Below the pieces are notes generated by a model. It was not told the origin of the DNA and searched no databases. It saw nothing but the letters and a program-made list of their open reading frames with translations. Both the position numbers and the translations under genes were made by a program. From a virus (Duplodnaviria; Caudoviricetes), in the IMG/VR virus record IMGVR_UViG_3300037067_008333, positions 1 to 64,000 of that record: 64,000 bases of DNA. The stretch is one strand, 5' to 3'. How positions within the stretch are numbered: position 1 is the first letter of the stretch; every line of letters starts with the position of its first letter. Below, one piece after another: positions 1 to 11,300 of this stretch.

Positions 1-1
1 T

Positions 2-1939
2 CGTCCGCGTAAGTTGAATATATTCAATCCGTTGATTAATACTCAACCGTCTTGGATGCCAGATAAGTTTCATGTTGGATCTCCTTTAGCAACAATGCCT
101 GAATCAGAATTACTTTTACCTGGTCAAGGCTACGAATCAGCACATGATGTTACGATGGATTTCCCTGTTTCGGCAGATATACTCGGTTTGAATCTTCCGG
201 ATACTGTACGGTCAATGTTGGGCCTTTATCCACATAATGCAAGTAAGTATGCCAGCAACAGTGATGTTGATAGAAAGAATAGAGAAATTCTTGCTGCAAG
301 CACAGTTTTTGATGCTAACCATAACATCAGTGGTATGCACGATGGTATTATCCGGTCTGGAAGATATAATGTTCTCCAGAAGATAAGGGGTCTTTCTGGT
401 AGCGATTTGGATAATTTTATTGGTCCTACAAATTCTGATGTTTCTGAAATGAACTGGTATTTGAAAGAAACAGGTGCTTCAGTTGGTGTTCTTTCTTATC
501 AGTTCAATGGCCAGGCTATTATGAATTATCCAGTTAAGTATTCTGCAGAGCGGTATTCTCAGGATATTGATACTGTTCGTAAGGCTCGGGTATATGCTCA
601 AAAAATGTATGAAAGTGGAGTGGGTTTTGGTTCTGAAGGGTATAGCCATATAGATCGGTTGAATATCTTGGCAAATGTGGCTCCATATTCAGATGAATAT
701 CGGACTGAAGAATTGCTGGTTCAGATGCAAATTAAGGCGGGTTATCCTCAAAAAGATCAACTCGAGAAGATTCGTAAGAAGAGAAAGGCTATCATGATGC
801 AACATGAGATGTATCCTTATCGATTTAAGGGTAATATTATGACTCCTGATAGTAAGTATAACAATCTTTCATTGAATGAGAATATAAAGGCTGCTGATCA
901 GTATTCTCTTCCAGAACGTATTGTGGGTGCAATGTGGGAAAATGTATCTCACATGAATACCCCGGTACATTCAAAATTTATGAATTACCGGACTCCACTT
1001 GAAGCTTATCAGCGCGGTTCTTTGTATGGACGTGATTTAAAAATGTGGTCGCATCCAATAGATCATTTCATGGATGCTTATGCGCGCGGGTTTATGTCTA
1101 AAACCGGTCCATTATCCGGAGGATGGGCAGGTGCAATGGCCGGTACATTAACGATGGGTCCTGGGTTTGGGACGGTGGTAGGTGCCGGTGTCGGTGCTGT
1201 TTATAGTGGTGTTCATGGAGTGTACCGGTCAATTACCGGGACAACATATATCCCGGGATCGGTTCGTGAGGCGCGTACCGTTAACCGTTATTTTGATAAG
1301 ATATCATATGTGAAAAATATGATGCTCTACAATGCAACAGGTGATGAGCGATATATGGAAGAGGCCCGCGGTACTATGACAGGCTTAAATCCTAGTGATC
1401 TTTCTCGCCAGGGTTGGTCGTATATGTATCGTGCTACACCTTCACAGGAACGTCCATATATTATTCCATTTATTACTGAAAGTGATCCAGAGGAACGTGA
1501 ACGGATTACAAAGTATGTTCCGGATGAAGTTTCTCAGATGTTGAGATCACGGTGGGCAGCTAGTGATACTCATGTTCGTAATACCCGTGTGTCTATGGGT
1601 AAAACAGATCCTATTCCTACTCCGGATTGGATTGGGTATAGTCCCGAAGTTCCACTTGAAGATGTGAAATTAAAATTTCTGGAAAATAAATCTATGGAAT
1701 ATCATGATTTTGGTTTAGGATTTCATGACCAGATGCAGCGGGTAAATGAATCTCCATGGCTTGATAGAATTGCGGTTGACATGAACGAACTTAGTAAACA
1801 GAGTGTGCCAATGATTAAGACTCAAAAGATCCATGAAATGAGAAGAACGTTGGAAGTAGCTATGAGGTCGCTGGGCTTGCAGGCTCAGATATCTATTACA
1901 CCAAGTGCGTTGAATACGGTAACGGTGGTAAATAACTAA
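2..1939 (+). CDS. Large virion-associated protein, 5'-truncated (possible tape-measure or ejection-type protein)
   Basis: The frame is open from base 2, so the track's TTG start at 14 is probably not the true start. It has a Gly/Ala-rich hydrophobic segment GGWAGAMAGTLTMGPGFGTVVGAGVGAVYSG (about 1118-1210). Its stop overlaps the next start (TAATG). Confidence 0.5.
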   Translation, partial: RPRKLNIFNPLINTQPSWMPDKFHVGSPLATMPESELLLPGQGYESAHDVTMDFPVSADILGLNLPDTVRSMLGLYPHNASKYASNSDVDRKNREILAASTVFDANHNISGMHDGIIRSGRYNVLQKIRGLSGSDLDNFIGPTNSDVSEMNWYLKETGASVGVLSYQFNGQAIMNYPVKYSAERYSQDIDTVRKARVYAQKMYESGVGFGSEGYSHIDRLNILANVAPYSDEYRTEELLVQMQIKAGYPQKDQLEKIRKKRKAIMMQHEMYPYRFKGNIMTPDSKYNNLSLNENIKAADQYSLPERIVGAMWENVSHMNTPVHSKFMNYRTPLEAYQRGSLYGRDLKMWSHPIDHFMDAYARGFMSKTGPLSGGWAGAMAGTLTMGPGFGTVVGAGVGAVYSGVHGVYRSITGTTYIPGSVREARTVNRYFDKISYVKNMMLYNATGDERYMEEARGTMTGLNPSDLSRQGWSYMYRATPSQERPYIIPFITESDPEERERITKYVPDEVSQMLRSRWAASDTHVRNTRVSMGKTDPIPTPDWIGYSPEVPLEDVKLKFLENKSMEYHDFGLGFHDQMQRVNESPWLDRIAVDMNELSKQSVPMIKTQKIHEMRRTLEVAMRSLGLQAQISITPSALNTVTVVNN

Positions 1940-4900
1940 TGTTCGGATACAAAGATTCCCGTGAGGATAAAAGTCATATATCACAACTGATTTCAGTTGG
2001 TGCTTTTTTACCTTTTGGAATCGGTATGATGAGATGGGTGAATTCATATGGGTATAAAACTAGAAAATTATTTGGTGTTGGTGTTTCTTATCCTACGAAT
2101 GTAAGGCAGGCTGCCAATGATGTATTCCAAGTAACCTCTTCTATGTTTACTCGGGATCCCGGAAGCCGGTTGTCTTCTCAGGATTTTGATCGTTATTTTC
2201 CAATGGTGAATCATTTACCAAACGAAATTGATGAAATAGAACGAGTTCGTGTTTTAATTGAAAAATATGAAAAAGAAGTTACGTCGATTCAGAATAATAT
2301 TCGTGATACCATTGATAAGATTTCTTCTAACATAGAATATCGAGTAAAGAAATTTAAAGAGATGGGATTAACAGAAAAGGAATATGTTGAACAGAATAAA
2401 TATCGTGTTGAAGTTTTCACGCAGTTCAAGGAGAGATTGGAATCCTATAAAAAAATGGATGTTGTGGAAGCTATTCAGGATCGTGTGCGGAAGAAATATC
2501 CTATTGCCAATTTTACACAACTTAACTTTCAGAATCTTAATGTTCTCGATGAATTTAAAGATGCTTTATTAGAAGGTATTGGAGATACGCGCAATACATT
2601 GAATACACTAAAACTTACCACAAGAGAGGTAGAAGTGTTTGATACCAATGTGGTGAATAAGTTCAAATCTATTGAAGATAATCTCATATTTGCGTATCGT
2701 ACAGATATATATACCAGGCCAATTGAACAGTTGACCACCTTGGAAGGTACTTCAGTTGATGTTGCTTCTTTATTGAAAAATTTTCCTGTTCTGGATGGTA
2801 GTATGAAAATGGATGGTCGTTATTTCCTGGAAAGGTTATGCGGTGATAAGTACGATTTCGTGAAATCTGCGTTGGATACAAGTGGTATACCATCATCAGC
2901 AGATACGGCTTTGCGGGATGTTCAGCGTTTGAAAAATCTTCTCCCGGAAGAGTTTGGTGGTCAGATCCATAGACTTTTCAAAGGTTTTGAAAAATTTGTG
3001 AAGAGCGGCAAGATTTCAGATGTTCAGATTTCATATAGGAATGTTTTTAATGCCAAAGAGATCATGTTTAAGGTACTTACCAAAGGACCTAAAGCCGGAG
3101 GAAATATAGGTGAATTCACATTTAGTTTGCTTGTTCCACATGAAGGTAGGTTGGGAAGCGGTATTCCTTATTTAACAGAGAATGTCATTGCTAATCAGGT
3201 CAAGGCAATTACTGATAATATCGATAGTATCGTGAATGGTTCTCTTCTTATGGAACGTCGAGAAGTTAATCAGAAATATATCAATATGCTGCAGCGCAAA
3301 GCTCTTCGGATGATTCCTGAAACTACGAGTCCTATTGAGAGTTTGAAATTGGCTTCTACTTCGGCCGGTAATATTATTTCATATACGAATATGGCTGGAT
3401 TAACTGAGAAGAAACTGAAAGATGCTTTTATGGAGATACACAAGTTTAAAGGATCTCGGATAGTGCATTTTATCGATGTTGGATTTGGTGACATCAAGCG
3501 TGGTCAGGAAACTGAGAGCATTGTGAAGGATATTGCTATTATTACTCAGGAACTTCGGGATGATGGAAGTATTAATATTCGGAGCGCTTGGCACGTTAAG
3601 GCAAGAGAATATGAGAAAGTGAATACTCTTTTCAGTGCTGATTTTGCTAGGAATGTTGGTTTTGAGAACTTGGAAGAAACCATGAAGTTTCTTAATATTA
3701 AGGATTTTGGTAGTATGACTGAGGAAGATCTTGTCCGGTTGCTCAATCACACTGTTGGAACTAATGGTACGATTGTTGGTAAAGCATTGCGGTTGAATAC
3801 GGCTAATGTGAAGGGTGATATCTATCGGTTAAAACAGTTGGCTAATAAGTACAAAGGTAAAGGTGTGAGCGATCTTCTCTATGCTTTGGATAACCGTATT
3901 GTTGATATGCAGCCGATGATGAGTTTGCAACTTACAGAGTTTCCTCCGGATCTTACTCCGGCCGGAAAGGGTATCGAAAGTATGGCGACGCGAATCAATA
4001 ATCTTCTGGGTTGGTTGAAGAAAAATGATGATAAGACCTATCATCAGGCATTGAATTACGTTAACTCTGTTGAACGCCGTATCTTTAATTTGAAAGGTCC
4101 TCTTACACCACGTCTTCGTCGGAAACTTATTGCCGCACATCGTTCGAAATATGATGTAACTTACACCGGTTTATATACGACATTGTTATCTAATTTCAGA
4201 TATAAAGATATAAATTCATTCAAAGATTTTATGGATTATATCAAATCACCTATTCCTGGATTTGAAGATAAGCAACTGATGTCACGGATATCTTCCAGCC
4301 AGGCGTTTGCTGGTAAAGTTAATGAGTTGCGTCCAGAGCAGATATTCCCCTTTGTTGAACTTGGATCACCATATACGAATAAGATGTATCAAGCATATAG
4401 TTCGGTACGAACTGATTATAAATTATCTAAACCTCTTCCAATTGTAACGTCTGGTGGATATCAATCATCTACGTTTGTTCCGGTTATCTCTGCTTGGGAT
4501 CCAGAAGTGAGTGAAGGTGGTGTTTGGGCAAATAAGAAATTCATCAAGAGTCAACATATATATGAGCATCGTCAGGTATTCTTAGTTGATGAGTTTCAGA
4601 ATATGGTTGATGGCATGAATAACGGTCATGTGATTAAGGCTACACCTGATGGTACGCCACACTGTATTGGTTATAGTGATGGAAAGCGGGTATTCTTGAG
4701 TGGAACTTCCGATGTTGAAATTGTGGATAAACCTATAGAGAGAGATCCATTTACGGGTAAAAGGGTCTTAATTGTCGAGGAAAAGGTACCAATTCATTAC
4801 GGTCAGAAGATTGGATTTTCAGCGACTGGTGCTGGTCTTGGATTAACGGATATGTTGGAAGATAATCTTCGTTGGGGTTTTTCTTATTCACCAGATGCTT

Positions 4901-7900
4901 TTAAGCGTAACGATTATGTTGCTGTTATTAATAATCTTTTGGGTAAGATAGATGCTTTTGTAGCTACGCGGCCCGATGCTATTTCTAAGGTTGTAGAAAG
5001 TGTGAATAAACATCTCACGTTTGAAGGAAAGCCAATCGTGACTCCAAAGCAGGTTGGTAGATACCTTGTTTTGGAGAGGAACTTGGGAGTTATAAATCCC
5101 GAAAATATCAATGAGAATACCATTCGTCATTTTCAAAATAAACTCTTTACAGTTTTAAAGGAGATTGGATCTACTCAGGCTCGTTTCATCGGTAATTACG
5201 ATTATATGCGCCGTCTTGCTAAGAAATCGGGTAAATATAAAGGTAATGTGGAGTGGTATGATCAGACTGTTCGGGCTGTTAAGGCAGCTAAAACAGGATC
5301 TCTTATGTCGTTTTTTAAGGATATGTCTGATACTGGCATCCTCACGCTTCAGGAATGGTTGCGGACTGGTAACTACAGTGATGAAGAACGGAAGATGTTT
5401 ATTGATGCTATAACAAAAGGTGATACTGAAATTGTTAACCGGCTTTGGGATAATCATGATCTTGTGAATCTTCTTGATGTTGATTTCTATGGGCCAGGTA
5501 AACCGCGGTTCCATGCTACTATTAATTTTAGTGAATCTGCATGGTTCTCTAGTACGTTACCATCCTGGGCTACTCGTAGTGGTATGGTGAAACTCAGTAA
5601 CCGACATATGGCGCTTTTGAAAAATCATCCTGGAGCCCAAAAGGGTTATTTTGAAGATGTTGTACGAGTTCTTAATGAACAGTCTGCCAATGTGGTTGGT
5701 AAAGGGTCTTATATTCTTAATATTGCTACACAAAAGGAATTTCAACCACATGGTTTTAATATTGGAGCATATATTGATGAGCTTGAAAAACGAGTAGATA
5801 GTGATGCTGAGAAAATAGCTTGGAAGAAATTCACTTTGGGTCAGTCACCTGAGTTATCTCAATTTTATGGAGATAATGTCATAGAATATCAGGGGCGGTA
5901 TTATACCGATGAACAATTCAGAAGTAAGTTTCCTGGAATTGATCCTGAATCTCTTCCCGAAACTAGTCGGGTGGATATTTCTCGTAGGATTCGTTCTCGC
6001 GAGAATGTAGAGTTTTTGGATATTCTCAATAAAAAAGGTGAAGGTTATTTTAATCTGAAAGGTAAAGCTGTTTTCGTGAATGTAAGTGGTAAATATCGTC
6101 CACAATTTAATAATTTACAATATTTTAAATCGGATTATGCAGTTCATCCTTTGGAGAATGTAAAACATGAACGGGGCAAGTTTGTGGTAATTTCAGAAGA
6201 AGCTATGACGCTGCAGAATATTGCTTTGAATCGGAATGATCCTTCAATGTTACCTGGTCATATCCAGCAACGGTGGGATGTCCTTATGAACCGTGTTATG
6301 AAAGAATCTCATGTAGCTTATGTTCCTGGTGTGAAGTCCCATGTTATGTTTGGAGAAGAATATGTTTTGGATCAGTTTGGTAGTCCTATGGTTGAATATA
6401 CCAAATCAACAACACTTCGCCAGGAATTACTCATTAATAAATCATATATGAAACAGCATCCTGATGCTTTTAGTAAGTCATTGGATGCCATGAGTGCCGA
6501 TGATCTTCATTTTGTTGAACAATATCATCGAAATTATAAAAGTGTGTTGGGTGGTGTTATTGGTGAACATCCATCTATGAAGGCCGCATCAATGGCTGAT
6601 GCTCGTAAGGCTTTTGAGACAAGTGCAGGTGTTACGTTGGATAAGTTCTTTGATATGTTGAAGAATACCCCAAATGGACTGTCTCAGGATCCTGAATTAA
6701 GAAAGTTATATTCGACAGCTGTGGATTATGGGTTAGTTGGACTGAAAGGTTTTATGGAAAAGCAACCTATAGCGACTACTGATAGTGTTGCTGGTAGTTA
6801 TGTGCTTGCTCGCAATGTGAAAATGCCGCGGTCAAAGAGTGGTGTTCAGGTAATTGGTCTTGTAAGTCGGGTGGCTGGTATGAAGATCCATATTGACCAA
6901 GACGGTGACTGGATAGATACTGTCATGACTGCTGAAGGTTGGCGCGGTATGATGGAATATAGTGGTCGGAAAACAGTATCGGAAACAGATGCTTTGCAGT
7001 ATCTTGGCACACATCTTCTTGAACACGGTGAGTTACCAGGATCAATTTCGAAAGATGAAGCAAGTGTTTTATTCTTCAATAATAGAATGAATGCTGTGAC
7101 CGCACTACCTATATCTTCAGCTATGCCTGTTATTGGTAAACAGGCTCGTCAAAATTTAAGTTTCATCTTTGATAAGGATGCGGCAAAAGAGGCATTTGAA
7201 CGGTCCCGTATGATTAAAGAGGGTGCTCCAAGGACATCTCGTATCATTTTTGCAGCATCTGATATGCTTCGTCAATTAGGTAAAGATATTCCGATTGAGG
7301 CTCAGCGTTCTTTATTTGACACATTAGGATCTCTTGCAGAATGGGGTCTTTCCCAGAAACGTGCCAGAGAGTTTCATAATGTTGTATTGTTGGATGATAT
7401 GTTTAGTAATATCCATGTTCCGGGGGGTGTGATAGACTTTGAACGAAAGATATTAGAAGCTAAGTCTGGAAAAGTTAATGGATTAATCGGTAAAGAAATA
7501 GAGAATCTACTTATTGATGCACCTCGGGAATATCATGGTTTCATTGAATCGAACGATCTTAAGAATCCATTGAGTAATCTTGCTTTGATATCATCAGTAG
7601 CGCGCAAATTTCCTGGATACGTGAAGTATGGTAGCCCTGATTATATTATTAATCATGGCATGCATGGATATATGGGAGATTTATATAAGCGAAATATTGC
7701 TGGGCAAATGATGGAAGACTATCCTACGGCTTTTCAGATAGGTGGTCCATTCAGGACTCCAGAAGAAGATTTTGGTAAGAATTTCAAGAGGGCTGTAAGA
7801 AATGTTGGTGGTCAAAAGGCGGTTGAGACCTTTATGACTGGTGGTAAGATGTTAGCTGCAGCCGGCGCTGCGTATTTGCTATTGAATATATTTAAACCTG

Positions 7901-8163
7901 ATCAGTCTGCATATCTTGGTCATATGCCGGGAAAGGGTGGTGAGTACTATGATTGGAATTTCACTAAACCTGAAATGGATTGGGCGCAGCTTATGCACAC
8001 TCCATTTGAGGATACTTTTGGGCCTGCTCCGGTTCATTTACGTCTTTATAATCCAGCGTATATGGATAATGGATTCAGGCGTCGCCGCCGCGACCAATTA
8101 CCATACCCTGAAGTCAGAAGGTTACAGGCAGCTCCCATAGATAGAAACGTGGTTGAATTTTAA
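1939..8163 (+). CDS. 2074-aa protein: candidate single-polypeptide two-barrel (DPBB) RNA polymerase with a degenerate DEDDh exonuclease domain
   Basis: Beta-like motifs: ISAWDPEVSEGGVWANKK (W853, E859) and EEKVPIHYGQK (K957). Beta'-like motifs: FMEKQP (K1608) and HIDQDGD (D1653-D1657, nt 6895-6909). Exonuclease-like motifs at D513, D627 and H734/D739. The ORF is certain; the function is inferred from motifs. Confidence 0.6.
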   Translation: MFGYKDSREDKSHISQLISVGAFLPFGIGMMRWVNSYGYKTRKLFGVGVSYPTNVRQAANDVFQVTSSMFTRDPGSRLSSQDFDRYFPMVNHLPNEIDEIERVRVLIEKYEKEVTSIQNNIRDTIDKISSNIEYRVKKFKEMGLTEKEYVEQNKYRVEVFTQFKERLESYKKMDVVEAIQDRVRKKYPIANFTQLNFQNLNVLDEFKDALLEGIGDTRNTLNTLKLTTREVEVFDTNVVNKFKSIEDNLIFAYRTDIYTRPIEQLTTLEGTSVDVASLLKNFPVLDGSMKMDGRYFLERLCGDKYDFVKSALDTSGIPSSADTALRDVQRLKNLLPEEFGGQIHRLFKGFEKFVKSGKISDVQISYRNVFNAKEIMFKVLTKGPKAGGNIGEFTFSLLVPHEGRLGSGIPYLTENVIANQVKAITDNIDSIVNGSLLMERREVNQKYINMLQRKALRMIPETTSPIESLKLASTSAGNIISYTNMAGLTEKKLKDAFMEIHKFKGSRIVHFIDVGFGDIKRGQETESIVKDIAIITQELRDDGSINIRSAWHVKAREYEKVNTLFSADFARNVGFENLEETMKFLNIKDFGSMTEEDLVRLLNHTVGTNGTIVGKALRLNTANVKGDIYRLKQLANKYKGKGVSDLLYALDNRIVDMQPMMSLQLTEFPPDLTPAGKGIESMATRINNLLGWLKKNDDKTYHQALNYVNSVERRIFNLKGPLTPRLRRKLIAAHRSKYDVTYTGLYTTLLSNFRYKDINSFKDFMDYIKSPIPGFEDKQLMSRISSSQAFAGKVNELRPEQIFPFVELGSPYTNKMYQAYSSVRTDYKLSKPLPIVTSGGYQSSTFVPVISAWDPEVSEGGVWANKKFIKSQHIYEHRQVFLVDEFQNMVDGMNNGHVIKATPDGTPHCIGYSDGKRVFLSGTSDVEIVDKPIERDPFTGKRVLIVEEKVPIHYGQKIGFSATGAGLGLTDMLEDNLRWGFSYSPDAFKRNDYVAVINNLLGKIDAFVATRPDAISKVVESVNKHLTFEGKPIVTPKQVGRYLVLERNLGVINPENINENTIRHFQNKLFTVLKEIGSTQARFIGNYDYMRRLAKKSGKYKGNVEWYDQTVRAVKAAKTGSLMSFFKDMSDTGILTLQEWLRTGNYSDEERKMFIDAITKGDTEIVNRLWDNHDLVNLLDVDFYGPGKPRFHATINFSESAWFSSTLPSWATRSGMVKLSNRHMALLKNHPGAQKGYFEDVVRVLNEQSANVVGKGSYILNIATQKEFQPHGFNIGAYIDELEKRVDSDAEKIAWKKFTLGQSPELSQFYGDNVIEYQGRYYTDEQFRSKFPGIDPESLPETSRVDISRRIRSRENVEFLDILNKKGEGYFNLKGKAVFVNVSGKYRPQFNNLQYFKSDYAVHPLENVKHERGKFVVISEEAMTLQNIALNRNDPSMLPGHIQQRWDVLMNRVMKESHVAYVPGVKSHVMFGEEYVLDQFGSPMVEYTKSTTLRQELLINKSYMKQHPDAFSKSLDAMSADDLHFVEQYHRNYKSVLGGVIGEHPSMKAASMADARKAFETSAGVTLDKFFDMLKNTPNGLSQDPELRKLYSTAVDYGLVGLKGFMEKQPIATTDSVAGSYVLARNVKMPRSKSGVQVIGLVSRVAGMKIHIDQDGDWIDTVMTAEGWRGMMEYSGRKTVSETDALQYLGTHLLEHGELPGSISKDEASVLFFNNRMNAVTALPISSAMPVIGKQARQNLSFIFDKDAAKEAFERSRMIKEGAPRTSRIIFAASDMLRQLGKDIPIEAQRSLFDTLGSLAEWGLSQKRAREFHNVVLLDDMFSNIHVPGGVIDFERKILEAKSGKVNGLIGKEIENLLIDAPREYHGFIESNDLKNPLSNLALISSVARKFPGYVKYGSPDYIINHGMHGYMGDLYKRNIAGQMMEDYPTAFQIGGPFRTPEEDFGKNFKRAVRNVGGQKAVETFMTGGKMLAAAGAAYLLLNIFKPDQSAYLGHMPGKGGEYYDWNFTKPEMDWAQLMHTPFEDTFGPAPVHLRLYNPAYMDNGFRRRRRDQLPYPEVRRLQAAPIDRNVVEF

Positions 8164-8184
8164 TGGATTTTGCATATATTATAT
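8153..8184 (+). promoter_or_regulatory. Promoter, TTGAAT-N18-TATTATA class (site 1 of 4)
   Basis: TTGAAT at 8153-8158, 18-nt spacer, TATTAT at 8177-8182. It lies just upstream of the ATG at 8188 and the 2484-aa gene. Confidence 0.65.
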
Positions 8185-8187
8185 ATC

Positions 8188-8373
8188 ATGCCTTATTCAA
8201 TAAATATTACCATTCGCGGAAGTAAAGATCCCAAAAAGATTGCGGATTATATTGCACAACTTATTGAAAATGCTACTGGTCAAAAGGTAAATATTTATCT
8301 TCATGATAGAAATGTGTTAAATCAACGAAAGACTGAAGAACTTCAAACCATAAATAGGAAACTACTTAAATGA
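8188..8373 (+). CDS. Small hypothetical protein (61 aa)
   Basis: ATG at 8188; the track extends it to a TTG at 8170 that lies inside the promoter. It fills the gap between two giant ORFs and has an ATGA overlap with the next gene. Confidence 0.6.
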   Translation: MPYSINITIRGSKDPKKIADYIAQLIENATGQKVNIYLHDRNVLNQRKTEELQTINRKLLK

Positions 8374-11300
8374 GTGAATTAGATAGAACATATCTTAACT
8401 CCGGGATATCAAATAAATTAATTAATGCAACCGTTACTAATATTGTAGATGGTGATACCATTGATGTTAGGTTGGATACGGGTGAAATAAGGCGTGTTCG
8501 TTTTGGCGGAGGTGTGAATGCTCCCGAAATGAGTACACCCGAAGGTTTAGTATCTAAAGCTTGGGTTGAAAAAAATATACCTATTGGTAGTACTACTTCC
8601 TTACTAGATTTTGCTGATGATAGTATTAGTTCAAGTGATTGTGATCCATATGGTAGATGGCCGTATCCTGTTGTTATGTCTGATGGAAAGATCGCCGATG
8701 TTGAACTAGTTAAGAATGGATTGGCAAATATTGACTATCTTAATAGTGGATTTCGTTCAACCGAATTAATTAATAAGAAGGCTATGCGGGATCTTTATTA
8801 TGGGATATATAAAGACAAGTCTATAGTTACAGCCACGGAAGTATCCCAAGTTCCATTAGAAAAGAAAATATTAGACACATGTGATATTTTAAAAATGGCT
8901 CAAGAAAAAGGATGGATAGATGAGAGTGGTATGAAGTTACCAGGGGCTTGTAAAATTGGTGTGGTATGGCTTCCAATTCCTCCATCTCACATTTGTGTTT
9001 CTGAAGTAAACGAGAATCGATCTATTAATACTATTAGAACTCCCGGTGATCCTAAAATTAAGACCGGTAGACAGGATATTCGCATAGAACTTGAGATGTT
9101 TTTTCCATCCATTCATGAGGTGAATACTAAACTTCGTCCATTACTTGCTCAGTTTATTCGGTCTCCATTTTTACCGTTAGAAAATGAACATATTCGTAAT
9201 CTGATTTATCCAGATGTTATGTGGAGTGAACCAACTCGTGTTACCAGAGAACGCGGACAAAATGGTATTTTAGATGCACATGTATATGAACGATATGCTG
9301 ATAAAGATATGACAAAGGGTGTTTTTACTCATGCGAATGAAAAATTTCAGCGCAAAGTATCTGATGAATTTACTAGGATCAGGGATTCATATTTTAATGA
9401 GCTTCGTAATCTTGGTGAAAATATCAAGAAAGAGACAAATGCAACAACTATAAAGTCTCTGGAGAAAAGACGTTTGGAAGTTATTAAATCTATAAAAGAA
9501 TTAAGAGTTGAAGATATAGCGCTACGGATGATTCGGGATGAAAAACCAGCTAATATATATGATGATACTCAATTGGCTGTTGTTTTGAGGGCCTTGGCTA
9601 TTACTACCGTTCCAGGATATCCCGAAACACTCCAGTGTAACATAACATTATCTGTTTTTAATTTTATACCTTATTCTGAAGATTTTTCATTTATTCAAGA
9701 TATAGATAGTGCCATTAAACAAATTGAATATTTTTCTGGAAGGGAAAATCTTAAATTTCCTGAAGATGTTCGTGAATATTTTAATTACACTGAATATCAG
9801 CGTCCAGAGTTAAAGGTTACAAAGAACCTGTCTGAATCTGAGCCATTTTTAGCGTATATTATGCCAATGCTTACCGGTGGTATTTTTTCCGCAGATCGTA
9901 CAGTAACAATGAAAACTGTTGATGGGAAGGATGAGGAAAAAACGACTGGATTCTTATTTGTTTCTCCTGAAAATTATCTTAGAAGTGTTGCTGATGTTGG
10001 TGAGTTTAAACGTTTTAATTTCGAATATGAAATATCTGAGATTTCTCTTGAAGAGAAAGAGATGTTTGATCTTTTACAGGATAGTATTCAGATGGAAACT
10101 TATCGATATTTTACCGATTTTTTACAGGGTTATATTGATAAAGATATTTTTTCTATATATGGAGAACGTCTTGGTGTAGCTTGGCGGACTATTGTTAGGG
10201 TTATGCTTTTCGAGACAATCAAAGATAAAGTCAAGTATACTCTTGATGCTATGAAAAATTATCAAGAAGAAATGATCGAACTTCCATTTCCAATTAAGGA
10301 GAAAGGTAAACCACCCATTATTGATGCTAATAAACCATATCGGGTTGCTGATTTTCTGGAACGGATCAAGAACGGTCTTCCATATGCTAATCAGATGTTG
10401 GCTAACTTAGGTGAAGTTCTGAGAGCCAAATCTTTGGAAACTTATGGTTATCAGAATATATATAAATTTAGTTTTACTGAAGATGCTGACACTGTAGTTA
10501 CTGGTATTACTGCTGCTTATGAAACTAAACTTGCTCCTATTTCTTTATTAAGTCATACACTTCCAACGTATCAATATATGGGAAAACACGATTGGGGTGT
10601 GAAACTTAATATTCAAACATGTAATGAGTCTTTAAAACGTATTCTACGTTCATTGTCAAGTAAAGCCGCTTATGGTCGTGTAATTAGAAATAGGTCTAAT
10701 AAAGGATGGTGGGTCAACAAGTCCAATAGTTTGTATTTGAATCCCGATACTTTTGGTAATGGAATATTTAAACTTCTTGGTGTGAATCATGTTTTGGTTG
10801 AAGATGTTGTTTATGAGGATGTAAAAGATAAGCCTGGTTGGTGGAATATTTCACTTTCTCTTGTTCAATCTGATCTTGATCTTTTCTTGTATGAGTCATT
10901 ATTGCCGATTAATTTTTTTGACAAAACCGTGGTAAATGATTTAAAGGTAGCAATGAAAAAGTCATATACTGGTAAACAAGATGAGATGTATACTAAGATC
11001 GCAGAAAAGTATCCTTATTTGGCTAAGTATATTTTTGACCAGATGCAGTCGTATGTTTATCGTCAAACATATAATGTTTTTTATGGTGGAAGTAGTGCGA
11101 CCCCAGAATTACCTCATACGACATCTACACCGTCTGGTCAGATTACCAGTTATTTTGGGTTTCGCACTAATCCCGTTACCGGAGAAAATCAAATTCATAA
11201 TGGTATCGATCTTACGGGAAATGTTAATACTCCCATTCCGTGTCTGGTTGATGGTATTGTAACTTTTGCTGGAGAGGCCGATATTAACGGTAACTTGGTA

